From Octopus vulgaris (taxonomy: Eukaryota): a stretch of DNA of 64,000 nucleotides. Each line of letters begins with the position of its first letter. The stretch's first letter is position 1. Position numbers and translations under genes: made by a program. A model generated the notes under the pieces. The model had not been told where the DNA came from. It saw only the letters and a list, made by a program, of their open reading frames with translations, and did not search any database. The stretch is from assembly GCA_951406725.2 (NCBI GenBank), contig OX597820.1, positions 20,584,001-20,648,000 of the forward strand. The letters are read 5' to 3'. Positions 12,002 through 24,647 of the stretch are shown here, in pieces.

Positions 12002-13697
12002 TAAGAGAGTGCGGGAGAGAGAGAGGGAGAGAGCGACAGAACTAAAGGAATAACCATTGGAATATGCATTTAAATAACCATACAATAATATGGTACTGTT
12101 AATCTATTACTAATTCACCTTGCTGTGCATGAATATCGCTAAATCTATTTAAATGCAGCCATATATTTCGGAAGAGAAAACTTTACAATAGAATAAAACA
12201 AAGATACTTTTATTCCCTGTTGCGAAATTACGTGTGTATGCTTGTATATATGTTTTTTTTTTATGAATGTATATCTGTATGCATCTATTTTCTCAGTTAA
12301 AATGGAAAACCTTAAGAAAAACAAAACGATAAAAACGATACGACTGAAAGATAAGAATGAAAACTGAAAAAAGAATTAAAAGACCAAAAGTAAGAAATGA
12401 AGGATCAGAATCGAAAAGAATTGTTTTCCCAGCTTCTTTCGTACTCTCTTTTCAACTGCAAAGACGATGCTTGTCAACATGATCTCAACATCTTGAAACC
12501 TTATAAAACAGCACCATTATTACAACTACTATTAGTCACAGTAGATCGTTTCCTTCTCATTTAAATATTTATATTTTTATCTTATTTTCCTTAGTCGTCC
12601 AACACGAACACGAAACGAAATGATAAATCTAATTTTGAGTGCAGCTTTGCCAATTCCGTTGTGTTTTATTCGACATCAGTGTTCTTGTTCCGGATATGGG
12701 GTTATTTAACGAAATGTATTGATGATATATGGAAGTGATTTAAGTGTTTTAAAACTAACTAACTGTGTGCATAAGTATTGCTGCGTTTCCGATTAGATTA
12801 ATTTACTGGTTGCTATGTATATACACTTTGGATACATCTTCCGTTCTCTAAATTGTCTTATATTGCAGCTAAATTGTTTTAGTAATTGCAAGAATTGGTC
12901 AGACTTAATCATAAATCCATATATTCATTTATCATTCCTGTTGAGAGTGAAGTTTACTTTTTGACGAAAGTGTATTACTGCAAACTGTTTAGCTACATCA
13001 ATTTCTATGACTTAACTAACACAGCAGATTCCAACATGAAAATGAATATTTAATATAGCTTCACTATTTCCGTGCAGAATCTTAATATGCAATAAAACAA
13101 CCTACAGGTGCATCTATTGATTTTACATTGATCATAAAGGGGTTATCTTGTAACGAGAAGTAAAATTCTTATCTAAGAAAAAAGATTTGGTGCCTTTGGA
13201 AGTGAAACTGTCTCATTTAGCTATACAATGTTTTATATTAAAGCAGAGATTTGACATTTCATTTTTTTCTTAACTAATAAGCCTGCTGTAGCTAATGGGA
13301 AAGTAGGTAATAAACATTTAATATGCCCTCACTTTTTTCAAATACTTTCTTTTTGAATAAGTGCATGTGGCTGCAGTTCAACAAAGTCAGGTTTCACATT
13401 TGATATGATCCTATCAGATAGGGAAAAAAAAACCTATATTTTTGCCAATTCTGCACATGACGTAAGTGTAAATTGTTACCTGATAGGAGCAGCATGATTA
13501 ATGGGTATATTAAATGAATTATTCAACACTGTTAAGAAGTGAATATTTCAGTTACATATAACATCTCACTTTATACAAAAATTTCAACAAAACACAAAAC
13601 CGAAAGAAAACATGTTGTATTTAGCACAGCTTATCCAGATTACATTAAACTCACCGTTCGAATCTCTCAGATTCGTTGCTGCAAGTTTTTATCCCAG

Positions 13698-13769
13698 TCC
13701 TCAGTAGTATCGTGGTAAGTATCCCCGCCTGGCATGCGGGGGATCGAGGTTCGATCCTCTTCCGTGGAG
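13698..13769 (+). pseudogene. tRNA-Asp-derived pseudogene (anticodon position reads GGC)
   Basis: tcctcagtagtatcgtggtaagtatccccgcctggcatgcgggggatcgaggttcgatcctcttccgtggag aligns base for base with eukaryotic tRNA-Asp(GTC), 72 nt; anticodon stem intact, acceptor and T stems mispaired. Confidence 0.8.
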
Positions 13770-14107
13770 GCTCATTATTTTAAATGGCGGTACCCAAGCA
13801 TGGTCACAGCCTTTGAGCTGGAACATATGAAGAGGCAAAGGAATATTTTAAAAGCGAGATAATTTACAACTTTCTATTCTAGAGCTACAAATATTGATAT
13901 GATGCAACAGAGAAGCTATATATATATTTTTTTTCTCTAGTTTCAGCTCAGAGCTGCGGCCATGCTGATGCACCACATAATATATAAAATATATATAATA
14001 TCATATATATATAATCTTAAATGTTCATATCGCGGTTTTTTGAGTCGGGGTCTTGACTGCTATTTCGGCATCTCTCAGATACCCTTATTTATAGTTTTAT
14101 ATAATAT

Positions 14108-14146
<39 letters not shown>

Positions 14147-14148
14147 AT

Positions 14149-14224
<76 letters not shown>

Positions 14225-14306
14225 CAATATATATATACATATACATATTTTATATATATATATATATAACATAATAACATGTATGCTATATCTATTTCAT
14301 ACTCAA

Positions 14307-14341
<35 letters not shown>

Positions 14342-15023
14342 TATATATATAACATACTGACATGTATGCTATATCTATTTCATATTCAATATTTATTTCA
14401 TATATATGTTGCACTGACTGATGATGGACCACAACGGTTGAGTAGATAATATTACCTTTACGCTTTGTAATGAACGATAGTTCAAACTGCATGTTCTTAT
14501 AACTCTGTTACTAGTCAAGCTTGTTAACAGAAGTCAATATATTTAATCACCCATTGAAGGATAGTATGCATTAACATTTAATTGTTTCACACCGGAGTTT
14601 TAGTCTAAGGTACTTTCAAGTGAGTATATATTAGTATAAAATTCTGTGTTACTTTTGAAGTTTTTAACTTACCCATAATCTTCAAAGTCTAAATTCTATT
14701 ATTTCTACAGTTTCAAAATTTATAAAACTATGTAATTGTTTAATATGTTTTTCATTCCTTTACGAATTCAGAGCAATTATTCAAGGCTCACCAAAATGAT
14801 GACAGAAATAAATTGGTCCAAAAATTTAGATTTCTCTTTTCAAAAAACAAACTCTTAAGCTTATATATTCGTTTTGCAAGATTCTTGATGCGAAATCGTG
14901 TGTTGAAACAGATATTGTATTTAGGGATGGTCATGTTGCCAGTTTAGCCAATAAAACACACGCACTATATATTTGGTGTTAATTTGCTTCAGCTTTATTT
15001 TATTTTTACATTAATCGTATTTC

Positions 15024-15067
15024 GACCAGAGTTCTTTCGTCACACTCCTGTGACCTCATCGGTGGTC
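15024..15067 (-). ncRNA. Type I hammerhead ribozyme motif (U4C)
   Basis: Minus strand gacca-CCGATGA-g-gtcaca ggag tgtgac-GAA-ag aa ct-C-tggtc: perfect 5-bp stem I and 6-bp stem II. Confidence 0.65.
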
Positions 15068-16521
15068 CTTTGCTTTCTCCTTTCTTATTTGTGTCTTTCC
15101 TTACTACCGATCAGCCATTTTGTATTTTGTATTGTGTATATTTTTATTTGCGCATGCGTATACCCCTATGTGTGTCTATGTTTAGTAAGTGCGTGTGTTT
15201 GTGTGTGTGTGTGTGGGGGGGAGTGCCTGTATTATCTGTATCCCCTGTTTATACATGTTTGTTTAATTTGTTTTTATTTATTTTGTTAATGTATATAGTT
15301 ATTTAATTCCATTCGTTTATCTGTGCATTGTGTTACTTATATTGTTATCAGTTTATGGAGATCTTATTCTGTCATATGACAGAATACAACAAAATACAAT
15401 AAAATCTTAAGCCTCAGTAACATATGCTTTATAAAGCTTAGAAAGTGAAAGTAAACGTGTTTTAGAGGGAGACAATAATAATATTTTGTATTTCATATCA
15501 ACAAAAAAGAGAAAGAAAAGAAACACAGAAAGCATTAAAATCTTGATTTACAGTTGAATTATTAAAGAAAGCGTAAATTTTCCTTGCTACCAATTAAGTA
15601 ACAGGTGCAAGTTTATCAGAAACATGTTGAACTGCGTTGTGATAAACACATGTAACTAAAGCAACTTATATCTTTTACTTTAGTATTCAGAAGATTTTTT
15701 AATTTATAAAAAATATTTTCCTGACCTTTATGGTAGATTCAACTAAAATTTAAATTAGTATTTTCTCTTCCAAATGATATAATTTTTTTAGTTGTTTTGA
15801 TATTGCCTAAACAATTGTTTTATATAGCTGTCTACATCTCCTGATCTTTAATTCGGCAAAGTATTTGGTGTCAAAACCTTTGTTTGTATACCTTTATCAA
15901 TATAAAAAAAGTGCAATGATATACGAAAAAAATAAACATTTATTTTTTAAGGCTGCTAGCGTCTATAACAATTTTGTAAAAACTAGTTTCACAACTGTTT
16001 TAAACATTCATTAAATTCAAAAGTAAAGTAACATTTTAAAAAGGGAAATAATGGTGTTTTTTTGCTGCACTTGAAACCCTTTTAACCAGTCGCGTATATG
16101 AAAAGACTTCAGTGAGTAACTTACAGATAAACAATCAGCACTTCTAAAGCTTTGATGTTTCATCACAGGATAGGCTATTGTTAACTTAGAGATACTCTCT
16201 TGATCATGTTCTGGAGAAACTTTAAAAGAAAAAGAAAAAAAGAATTCTGTAATTTCGAAGATGTAGTAATTGATTGGAAGTTAGAAGGATTTTTAGAAAT
16301 TTGATCATTGGTATTTGCATTTCTCCCTTGAAAAACCAGCGTATTTTACATTCTACATAATTTTATTTTCCTCCTTTATTTTATGAATAACGCCATTCTT
16401 CTTCATAGGTGTAGTTTCAAGTACGCTTACTGTGGAGCATTACATAGAGTTCATATTCATTCATTATGTGATAAAATGCAATAGCTAGTGGATGATAAGA
16501 TTTCATAGGCACGAGAATGTG

Positions 16522-16940
16522 AAGGCGGCGAACTGGCAGAAACGTTAGCACGCCGGGCGAAATGCTTAGCAGTATTTCGTCAGCCGCTACGTTCTGAGTT
16601 CAAATTCCGCCGAGGTCGACTTTGCCTTTCATCCTTTCGGGGTTGATTAAATAAGTACCAGTTACGTACTGGGATCGATATAATCGACTTTATCCGTTTG
16701 TCTGTCCTTGTTTGTCCTCTCTGTGTTTAGCCCTTTGGGGGTAGTAAAGAAATAGGTATTTCGTCTGCCGCTACGTTCTGAGTTCAAATTCCGCCGAGGT
16801 CGACTTTGCCTTTCATCCTTTCGGGGTCGATAGATTAAGTACCAGTTACGCACTGAGGTCGATGTAATCGACTTAATCTCCTTGTCTTTCCTTGTTTGTC
16901 TCCTCTATGTTTAGTCCCTTGTGGGCAATAAAGAAATAAG
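16522..16940 (+). mobile_element. SINE family A, dimeric (internal unit of about 184 nt, twice)
   Basis: Head ggcggcgaactggcagaaacgttagc, B-box gagttcaaattcc, body gtcgactttgcctttcatcctttcgggg repeated twice. Confidence 0.85.
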
Positions 16941-17394
16941 GAGACTCTGTCCGCTTAATACTGACACAGCTAGATTGTGTACCAGCAGTATAGCCTTTGA
17001 GTTCCCATCCCCCTATACAGATTATACAGCAACTCAAATGTGCCGCATCTATAAAAACGTCACCAGAGGTGGCTCTTCCCCATGGTATCCCCACTAGCTA
17101 CTCTACATTAGTTTAATTAAATTAATTTAATTTAATTCTATTCTCTTACATCAAAAAGAATAAAATCATACAATACAATATGATATAATATAATATGAGC
17201 TTAAAACTTAACTTTCATTAACTTTCATTTAGAATGATCGATAAAATCGCTCTCACTATGTGGTTAGTTTTTATTTTGTAAAATCCATTGGAGTAAAAGT
17301 CAAATCAAGAAGATATCAGAGTAAATACAACAGCGATACCTGTAACAGTGCAGTCTCTAGCCCCTGTTATTCTATCATATAATTATATCGCCAT

Positions 17395-17625
17395 AAGGCG
17401 ACGATCTGGCAGAAACGTTAGCACGCCGGGCGAAATGCGTTGCCGTATTTCGTCTGCCGTTACGTTCTGAGTTCAAATTCCACCGAGGTCACCTTTGCCT
17501 TTCATCCTTTCGGGGTCGATTAAATAAGTACCAGTTACGCACTGGGGTCGATGTAATCGACTTAATCCGTTTGTCTGTCCTTGTTTGTTCCCTCTGTGTT
17601 TAGCCCCTTGTGGGTAGTAAAGAAA
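17395..17625 (+). mobile_element. SINE family A, monomer
   Basis: Same head, body and tail as 16522. Confidence 0.85.
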
Positions 17626-18441
17626 CACATATTCTTATATCGCCAACATTAAAACACGAAGAGAAGCTGAAAGATTTTTACCGTAGTGGAATCATCAATA
17701 ATCATTTAACAGCGAATGTTTTCAGGTTTCTATGGTGTTTTACAACCCACAAATTAGATTATATTATTAACGATAATATAAGTTTCAGACTTGACTCATC
17801 TGATTGATGGCTCGTATTTCGTTACCAATAATGCCCTGGATTCACAATCATGCCCAGAACAGCTCTAACTAGATATCAAGTGTAATTACAGCTCATGTTG
17901 AAAGCAGCAGTTGCATAATATTTGTTTTCGTTGCTGAAATATCAACTTCAAGTCATCCTGTGGACCTGATCCACGAAAGAAGTTATCAAACTGCTGTCTT
18001 GTTCAATCAATTTTATCAGAATCTCATCAAAATGGCGTCGATATGAATAGCGTGAGAAATTGGACAGACACCGAGAAAATAAGTGAAAGAATCGTTACTA
18101 TGTGACACTAGATGGTTCGATGGTGAATAAAGGATACACTGAATAAAAACCTACGCTAATTGGCATTTAAAATACCAACAACTTGCAAGACAAGACAAAC
18201 ACATATATGAAATCAATCAAGCATGATTATTAACGTGTAATAAGTTTACAAGGATACATATACATACATACATACGAACATACATACATACATACATACA
18301 TACATACATACATAAACACATGCATTTGAGTGTGCATACACATGAATGCTTTGGTAAATTTTGTGGCCTGTAAAGATTTTTAAGTGAAAGTTTTGTGTTT
18401 GTTTACGCTTATGTGCTTTTCAGAGCAAAATAGTGAGAGGT

Positions 18442-18499
<58 letters not shown>

Positions 18500-18630
18500 C
18501 ATACGTTTATATATTCTGTGTATACATTCAGGCTTCAATATATGTGTATGCTTGAATATATATATGCATATATATATGTACATATTTACATATATATACA
18601 TACGAACATACACACACATGTATGTGCGTG

Positions 18631-18667
<37 letters not shown>

Positions 18668-18699
18668 ATATATATATCTATACACATATATATTCTTTT

Positions 18700-19050
18700 A
18701 TTCTTTTACTTGTTTCAACCATTTGACTGCGGCCATGCTGGAGCACCGCCTTTAGTCGAGCAAATCGACCCCAGGACTTATTCTTTGTAAGCCTCGTACT
18801 TATTCTATCGGCCTCTTTTGAGGAACCGCAAAGTTACAGGTACGTAAACACACCAGCATCGGTTGTCAAGTGATGTTGGCGGGGAAAACACAAACACAAA
18901 CATATACAGGCACATACATACATACATTCATATATATATATGACGGGCTTCTTTTAGTTTCCGTCTACCAAATCCAGTCACAAGGCTTTGGTTGGCCCGA
19001 GGCTATAGTAGAAAACATTTTCCCAAGGTGTCACACAGTGGGACTGAACC
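18700..19050 (-). mobile_element. SINE family B
   Basis: Tail ttttacttgtttc...gcggccatgctggagcaccgcc, internal CA/TA tract, CORE-like segment ggctatagtagaaaacattttcccaaggtg. Confidence 0.8.
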
Positions 19051-19208
19051 GTATATATAAAACCCTTATGTGACTGTCGTATGCAGGAAAACAGATAGCA
19101 AGTGTGGTTGAGCAAAATATGCAAAGATGAAAATCATGAGTGTGTGTGTGTGTGAACAAATAAAAGTAGAGGGAAAAAGTGTGAAACAGGGAGAGATAAC
19201 TTTATATA

Positions 19209-19364
<156 letters not shown>

Positions 19365-19366
19365 AC

Positions 19367-19412
<46 letters not shown>

Positions 19413-19441
19413 GTATGTATATATGTATGTATGTATGCATG

Positions 19442-19490
<49 letters not shown>

Positions 19491-20104
19491 ATGTGTATGT
19501 GTGTGTATTTATGCTCGAATGAGAACTATCTGAGAAATAAAAGAAAAAAATCAACATTCGAAACTAGAAGAAAGAGAAAGATAATGTGAACATACGCTAA
19601 AAAAAAAAAATGAAGAACAACCACAAATTATGAAAATCAAAATGAAACGCAATTTTATTTAAAAACAGTGAATAAGGAAGAGCCTGTGGGGGTCGGGGAC
19701 GGTAAGAAGAAAGGGGGGAAAGAGAAAAAGAGGAGAAAGGCGAGATGCGAAGTTAGAGGAAGGGAAGAAAAAAAGATGTTAAAATGGACAAAAACTATTG
19801 TATTGAGACAAGCAATGAAAATGTAACAGACAAGTTTTTGAAGTGGAAAAAAAAAAGAAAAGAAAAGAAATTCGATAGATATTAATTTCTGACAGATAAA
19901 GACAACCAAAGACATATCATTATATATATAACCATCAATATGTCTGCTGTTGATGTGCATAAAGTGTAAAATTATAGAGAAATAAACTTTTTTTTAGAAA
20001 AAATAAAAAGAATCGAAATTGTCAGCGCTAAGGATAAATAGCTAGTTTGTGTATTATGGACATTTCTTCTGGCTAAAATCCTTGTCTTACTTTTTACGTT
20101 TTGC

Positions 20105-20545
20105 TTCTTTCTGTTATTGGACTGCGGCCATGTTGGGGCACGAGCTTAAAGGTTTCAGTACGCCGGTACTTATTTTTCAGTAACAAGGAGGCGAGCTGGC
20201 AGAAATGTTAGCACGCCGGGCGAAAAGCTTAGCAGTATTTCGTCCGCCGCTACGTTCAAAGTTCAAATTCCGCCGAGGTTGACTTTGCCTTTCATCCTCT
20301 CGGGGTCGATAAATTAAGTACCAGTTACGCATTGGGATCGATGTAATCGACTTAATCCGTTTGTCTGTCCTTGTTTGTCCCCTCTATGTTTAGCTCCTTG
20401 TGGGCAATAAAGAAATAGGTACTTATTTTTAAGCCTGGTGTTTATTCTATTGGCCTCTTTTACAAAAATGAGAAGTTACTGGCACGTAAACAAACCAACA
20501 CCGGCTGTGAAGCATTGTTGACGAACAAGCTGGACACAAGCACAA
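20105..20545. mobile_element. Family B SINE (-) interrupted by a family A SINE (+, about 20178-20417)
   Basis: ggtacttattttt duplicated at about 20165 and 20418, flanking the family A copy. Confidence 0.75.
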
Positions 20546-20664
20546 ATTTTGGAGGAGAGGGCAAGTCGATTACATTGACCCCAGTGATTGATTGGTGTCG
20601 ATTTTATCTATCTCGAAAAGATGACATCGGCGGAATTTGAACTTAGCACGTTAAGACGGGCGAA

Positions 20665-20969
20665 GGCGAAATGGCCCAGTGGTTAAGGCAGCGGACTCGC
20701 AGTCGTAGGATCGCGGTTTCGATTCCCAGACCGGGTGTTGTGTGTGTTTATTGAGCGAAAACACCTAAAGCTCCACGAGGCTCCGGCAGGAGGTGGTGGC
20801 AACCCCTGTTGTGCTCTTTCGCCACAACTTTCTCTCACTCTTTCTTCCTGTTTCTTGAGTAACACTGCGATGGACTGGCGTCCCGTCCAGCTGGGGGGAA
20901 CACATGCGCCACAGAAACCGGGAAACCGGGCCTATGAGCCTGGCTAGGCTTGAAAAGGGCGCATAAAAA
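20665..20969 (+). mobile_element. SINE family C (tRNA-derived head) nested in a family A relic
   Basis: Head ggcgaaatggcccagtggttaaggcagcggactcgc...ggtttcgattccc; 17-bp TSD acgttaagacgg(g/a)cgaa at 20648-20664 and 20970-20986. Confidence 0.85.
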
Positions 20970-21059
20970 ACGTTAAGACGGACGAAACGCCGCTAAACCT
21001 TTTGTCTGGCGTGTAAATGATTTTACCCGGTCGCTGCCTTAATAAATGCATCAATAACG

Positions 21060-21624
21060 ACTTCCAGCATAGGATAAAGGAGTAGTGCGGCAAACCATCA
21101 GAAACAACCTCCAAAGCAGGACTTTACTCGAAGGTTGTGCTTTAATTTGTAGGGATTAAAAGGGTGATATTTCGTAAGAACTTCCCTCCACTGTCAGGAC
21201 TATCAGTTAGAATGATTACTGTGGCTGGCTACATAAATTAAACGCAGCGTGTAAGTAGAAGCGTCTAGAACTTGATAATTGTAAGGGCAATGTTTTCATC
21301 ACGACCATGCCACACCGCACATGTCATTGCCATGGGAAGTTATACCGCACCCTTTGTATTTGCCCGGCTTTGGGCCTTCAAATTTTCACCTGTTTCGGTC
21401 GTTTCAAAATTCATTTAATGGACAGATCCCCAACTCTAAAGACAATGTAAAAATTCAACAGGAAGAAATTTTCGCTTGTGCAGACAAGGAATTCTTGAAG
21501 CAAGGAATAATGGATACGCCCACAAGGCGGTAGATGATACTGGAGCAAAAGTATAATTATAACATTCATTGAAAAACTTGCCTTATTTTCGTTTAAAAAC
21601 CAAACGGGCATTTTAGTTAAACCA

Positions 21625-21627
<3 letters not shown>
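21060..21627 (+). pseudogene. Decayed 3' half of a mariner transposase with a probable right TIR
   Basis: HHDHATPH and WEVIPHPLYLPGFGPSNFHLFRSFQN (cf. WEVLPHPPYSPDLAPSDYHLFRSLQN). Confidence 0.8.
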
Positions 21628-21665
<38 letters not shown>

Positions 21666-21896
21666 CAACAGGATATCAAATAGTAATGCAGTACGACCGT
21701 TTCAAGCGACTCTATTTAATTGAACAATGCAATCATTACATCAATTTAAATAAAGTGCTATCTTGAGCTGCACAAAATATAGAATTTTTTCAAGTAGGAC
21801 ACATTAATATAATTTTTCTTAAATATTGTAAGAAAGCAAGAAGATGGAAAAAATTCATGTTGTCGCTATTGTAGCAAAATGGCTAAGAATAGACTA

Positions 21897-21955
21897 CAAT
21901 CTCTGATGAGGCAAAGCATTTCTAAATGCAAAGGCAGAAATCTGGGATCTGGAAT
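21897..21955 (+). ncRNA. Type I hammerhead motif, copy 1 (stem I degenerate)
   Basis: CTGATGA 21903-21909, GAAA 21937-21940, atctgggat-C(21949)-tggaat; starts a direct repeat of about 165 bp. Confidence 0.5.
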
Positions 21956-22360
21956 TATCCAGTAATTTTTTGCTAGTTTTATTTTGCCTTTTTGTCTTCT
22001 CTCCTTGTGCTGTATGAACATTTAATGTGGTTTTAGAATCTGATTTTGGCTGCTATTTTCAGCATGACAGTATTTTAATAATAATTATTCCCTTTGAAGG
22101 TTTTTACTTCCATGCTGACCACTTGATAAGATCGTTATTTAATTTAAGTTAACGATCTTATCCTTATTTATATAAATTTATTTCGTCATTGTATTTAGTG
22201 CGGTGATGTTTTAACCATATCGCACGAGGAGTTACGAAGCGGGCAATTTCAACGGGTCGAGTTGCATACGCGCATATATATGTATGTATACGTTCGTATA
22301 TGTAAGTATACGTATGTTGTATGTATATATATATGTGTATTTATGTTACTTTCTGTGTTT

Positions 22361-22419
22361 ATTCCACTGATGAGGCAAAGCATTTCTAAAAGCAAAGTCA
22401 GAAATCCGGGATCTGGAAT
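22361..22419 (+). ncRNA. Type I hammerhead motif, copy 2
   Basis: attcca-CTGATGA-ggc...gtc-a-GAA-atcc g ggat-C(22413)-tggaat: perfect 6-bp stem I and near-palindromic stem III; an extra A before GAAA makes the stem II closure non-canonical. Confidence 0.65.
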
Positions 22420-22563
22420 TATCCAGTAATTTTTTGCTAGTTCTATTTTGTCTTTCTGTCTTCTCTCCTTATGCTGTATGAACATTTAATGTGGTTTTAG
22501 AGTCAGATTTTGGTTGCTATTTTCAGCATGGCGGTATCTTGTGGATACCCTAAAGTATAATTT

Positions 22564-22617
<54 letters not shown>

Positions 22618-22633
22618 TATACATATATATATT

Positions 22634-22679
<46 letters not shown>

Positions 22680-22741
22680 TATATATACATATATATATTT
22701 ATATATATTATATATACATACATACATACATACATACAAAT

Positions 22742-22801
<60 letters not shown>

Positions 22802-22889
22802 TCCATTCTAGCAAAAACTGTCCGATGAACGGCAACGGAAAACTCAGAGTAACAGGTTTTGTTGAATTTTTCTGTTGCTTTAAATAAAG

Positions 22890-22949
<60 letters not shown>

Positions 22950-22959
22950 GTGAGAATTT

Positions 22960-24647
22960 GCAAAAAAAACAACAACAAAAGACGAAGACGGGTGTGTAAA
23001 CAACAAACAAATGTATTAGTTTAACGCTTGCGAATTGAGAAAGTCTTTTACGTTTCGAGTCTACGCTCTTCGACAGAAAGGAACACAGAAATATACAGGG
23101 AGAGAAAATAGAAAAGGTTTAGTCGCTAGCTATCTATCATGGCGAATGCCAGACAAAGGGGTCACACAGGAGAGCTAGGAAGAAGGGGAGATAATAAAGT
23201 AGTGGTGATCCAAAAACGAAGGTGCGCATGCGCATATATGTGAGAGCGTGTATGTGCGTGTGGAAGGGGGGTCACCTTGACGTGTGCGTGTATGCATGTG
23301 CAGGTGTGTGGATGATGGTGTACGTGCTGAGAAGTGGTCAATGCTAGTGTGTGCACTGGTGTGGATGCTGGGAAGTGGTCAGTGCTAGTGTGTACGGGGT
23401 GGTGTGATATGGTATGGTGTGGTATAGTGGTGTGTGCTGTGGTGGTGTGTGGGGTGCGGTGGGTGAAGCAAAAGTGGGGTCTAAGGCATGGGTTGGGGTG
23501 GGATGGGATGTAGAGGGATGGTGGGTTTGGAATGTGTAGGGGTGAGTTAACAAGGGGTAACGATGAAAGGGTGGAAGGGAGAAGGTGGGTAGGAGTGAAG
23601 AGAGGAAGTAGGTGTCAGAGCAAGAGAGGAGATGTGGGTGGGATGAAGTAGGTGTGAGAGGAAGAGAGGAGAGAGGAGAAGGGTTAGATGAAGAGGGGAG
23701 ATTTGAGCCCATGTGGCGCAAAAGATCGGAGAGAGAAGATTAGTCCTTGCTCATGGTGAAGACGGGAGTCCGGATGGCCTCTGTGCAAGGACAATCCGAA
23801 TACAGACTGGTGCTGTAAAGAATGACTAGTAGAACGAAAATGGCGCGAGACCGGTGTGTCGTTGACGAGTTTGATATCTCGGAGGTGTTCCGCGAAACGC
23901 TCAGCCAAGCGGCGTCCCGTTTGACCGATGCATAGAGAAGGACAGAGAAAGCAGGAGAGGCAGTAGAACGAGCCGGATTTGGAGTTTGGGTTAGGGAAGA
24001 AGCTGTGGACCAAGACGTCTCGTATGTTGTGAGCTCGTTTGAAGGAGAGGTCGGACTGGAATCGCCGGAAGGCTCAGAGAATGGTGCGTTGGGGAGGCAG
24101 GGTGGTGGGGTGGTAGGTGAGGGGAAACGAGACATGGGTGACGGTGGAGCGTGTGCGGAGCGGGAGAAAGCAGATGCACGGTCTATAGAACATGCTCTGG
24201 CAAGGGCGGTGTGGATAGTGGTGAGGGGATATCTACGTAGGATGAAGTGGCGAGCCATGAGTTGAGACTGAGTCTCAAAGTCATGGTCGTCACTGCATAG
24301 CCTGCGTAGGCGGAGGAATTGGGAATAGGGGATGGAAAGCTTGATGTGTTTAGGGTGGGAGGAGGAGAAGTTGAGGTATGAGTGTGAGTCTGTGTTTGTA
24401 GTGGATGGGGCTGGTGAGAGTGGAGTGAAGAATGCGGACCGAAATGTCGAGGAAGGCGACTGATGTGTCGGAAATAGTGCAGGAGAAGTGGAGGGCAGGA
24501 CGGAAAGATTTGACAAAAGCGAGGAAGGAGTCTAGATGTTCGCGGGAGAGTGAGGTCGTACCGATGCAGTCGTCAATATAATGACCGTATAGTTCGGGAG
24601 TGGGAGCAGTGAAACTTTAGAATATTTGTGCCTCAACGTAGCCATAC
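22960..24647 (-). mobile_element. 5'-truncated Penelope-like retroelement (RT C-terminus, GIY-YIG endonuclease, 3' pLTR), pseudogenised
   Basis: PELYGHYIDDCIG (YIDD at 24569-24580); thumb region YLNFSSSHPKHIKLSIPYSQFLRLRRLCS; GIY-YIG-like YCLSCFLCPSLCIGQTGRRLAERFAEHLRDI...PVSRHF; frameshifts; 3' end carries a hammerhead. Confidence 0.92.
23045..23080 (-). ncRNA. Minimal hammerhead motif in the Penelope pLTR, A6U variant
   Basis: Minus strand cttt-CTGTCGA-a-gagc gtag actc-GAA-ACGT-A-aaag. Confidence 0.6.

Noticed and set aside
13698-13769. Functional tRNA-Ala(GGC) by anticodon switch
   Set aside because: The acceptor stem has two mismatches and the T stem is largely unpaired, so it is treated as a pseudogene.
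16662-16853. Recurrent peptide RNWYLIYRPRKDERQSRPRRNLNSERSGRRN in several ORFs
   Set aside because: It is the antisense translation of SINE family A, not a gene family.
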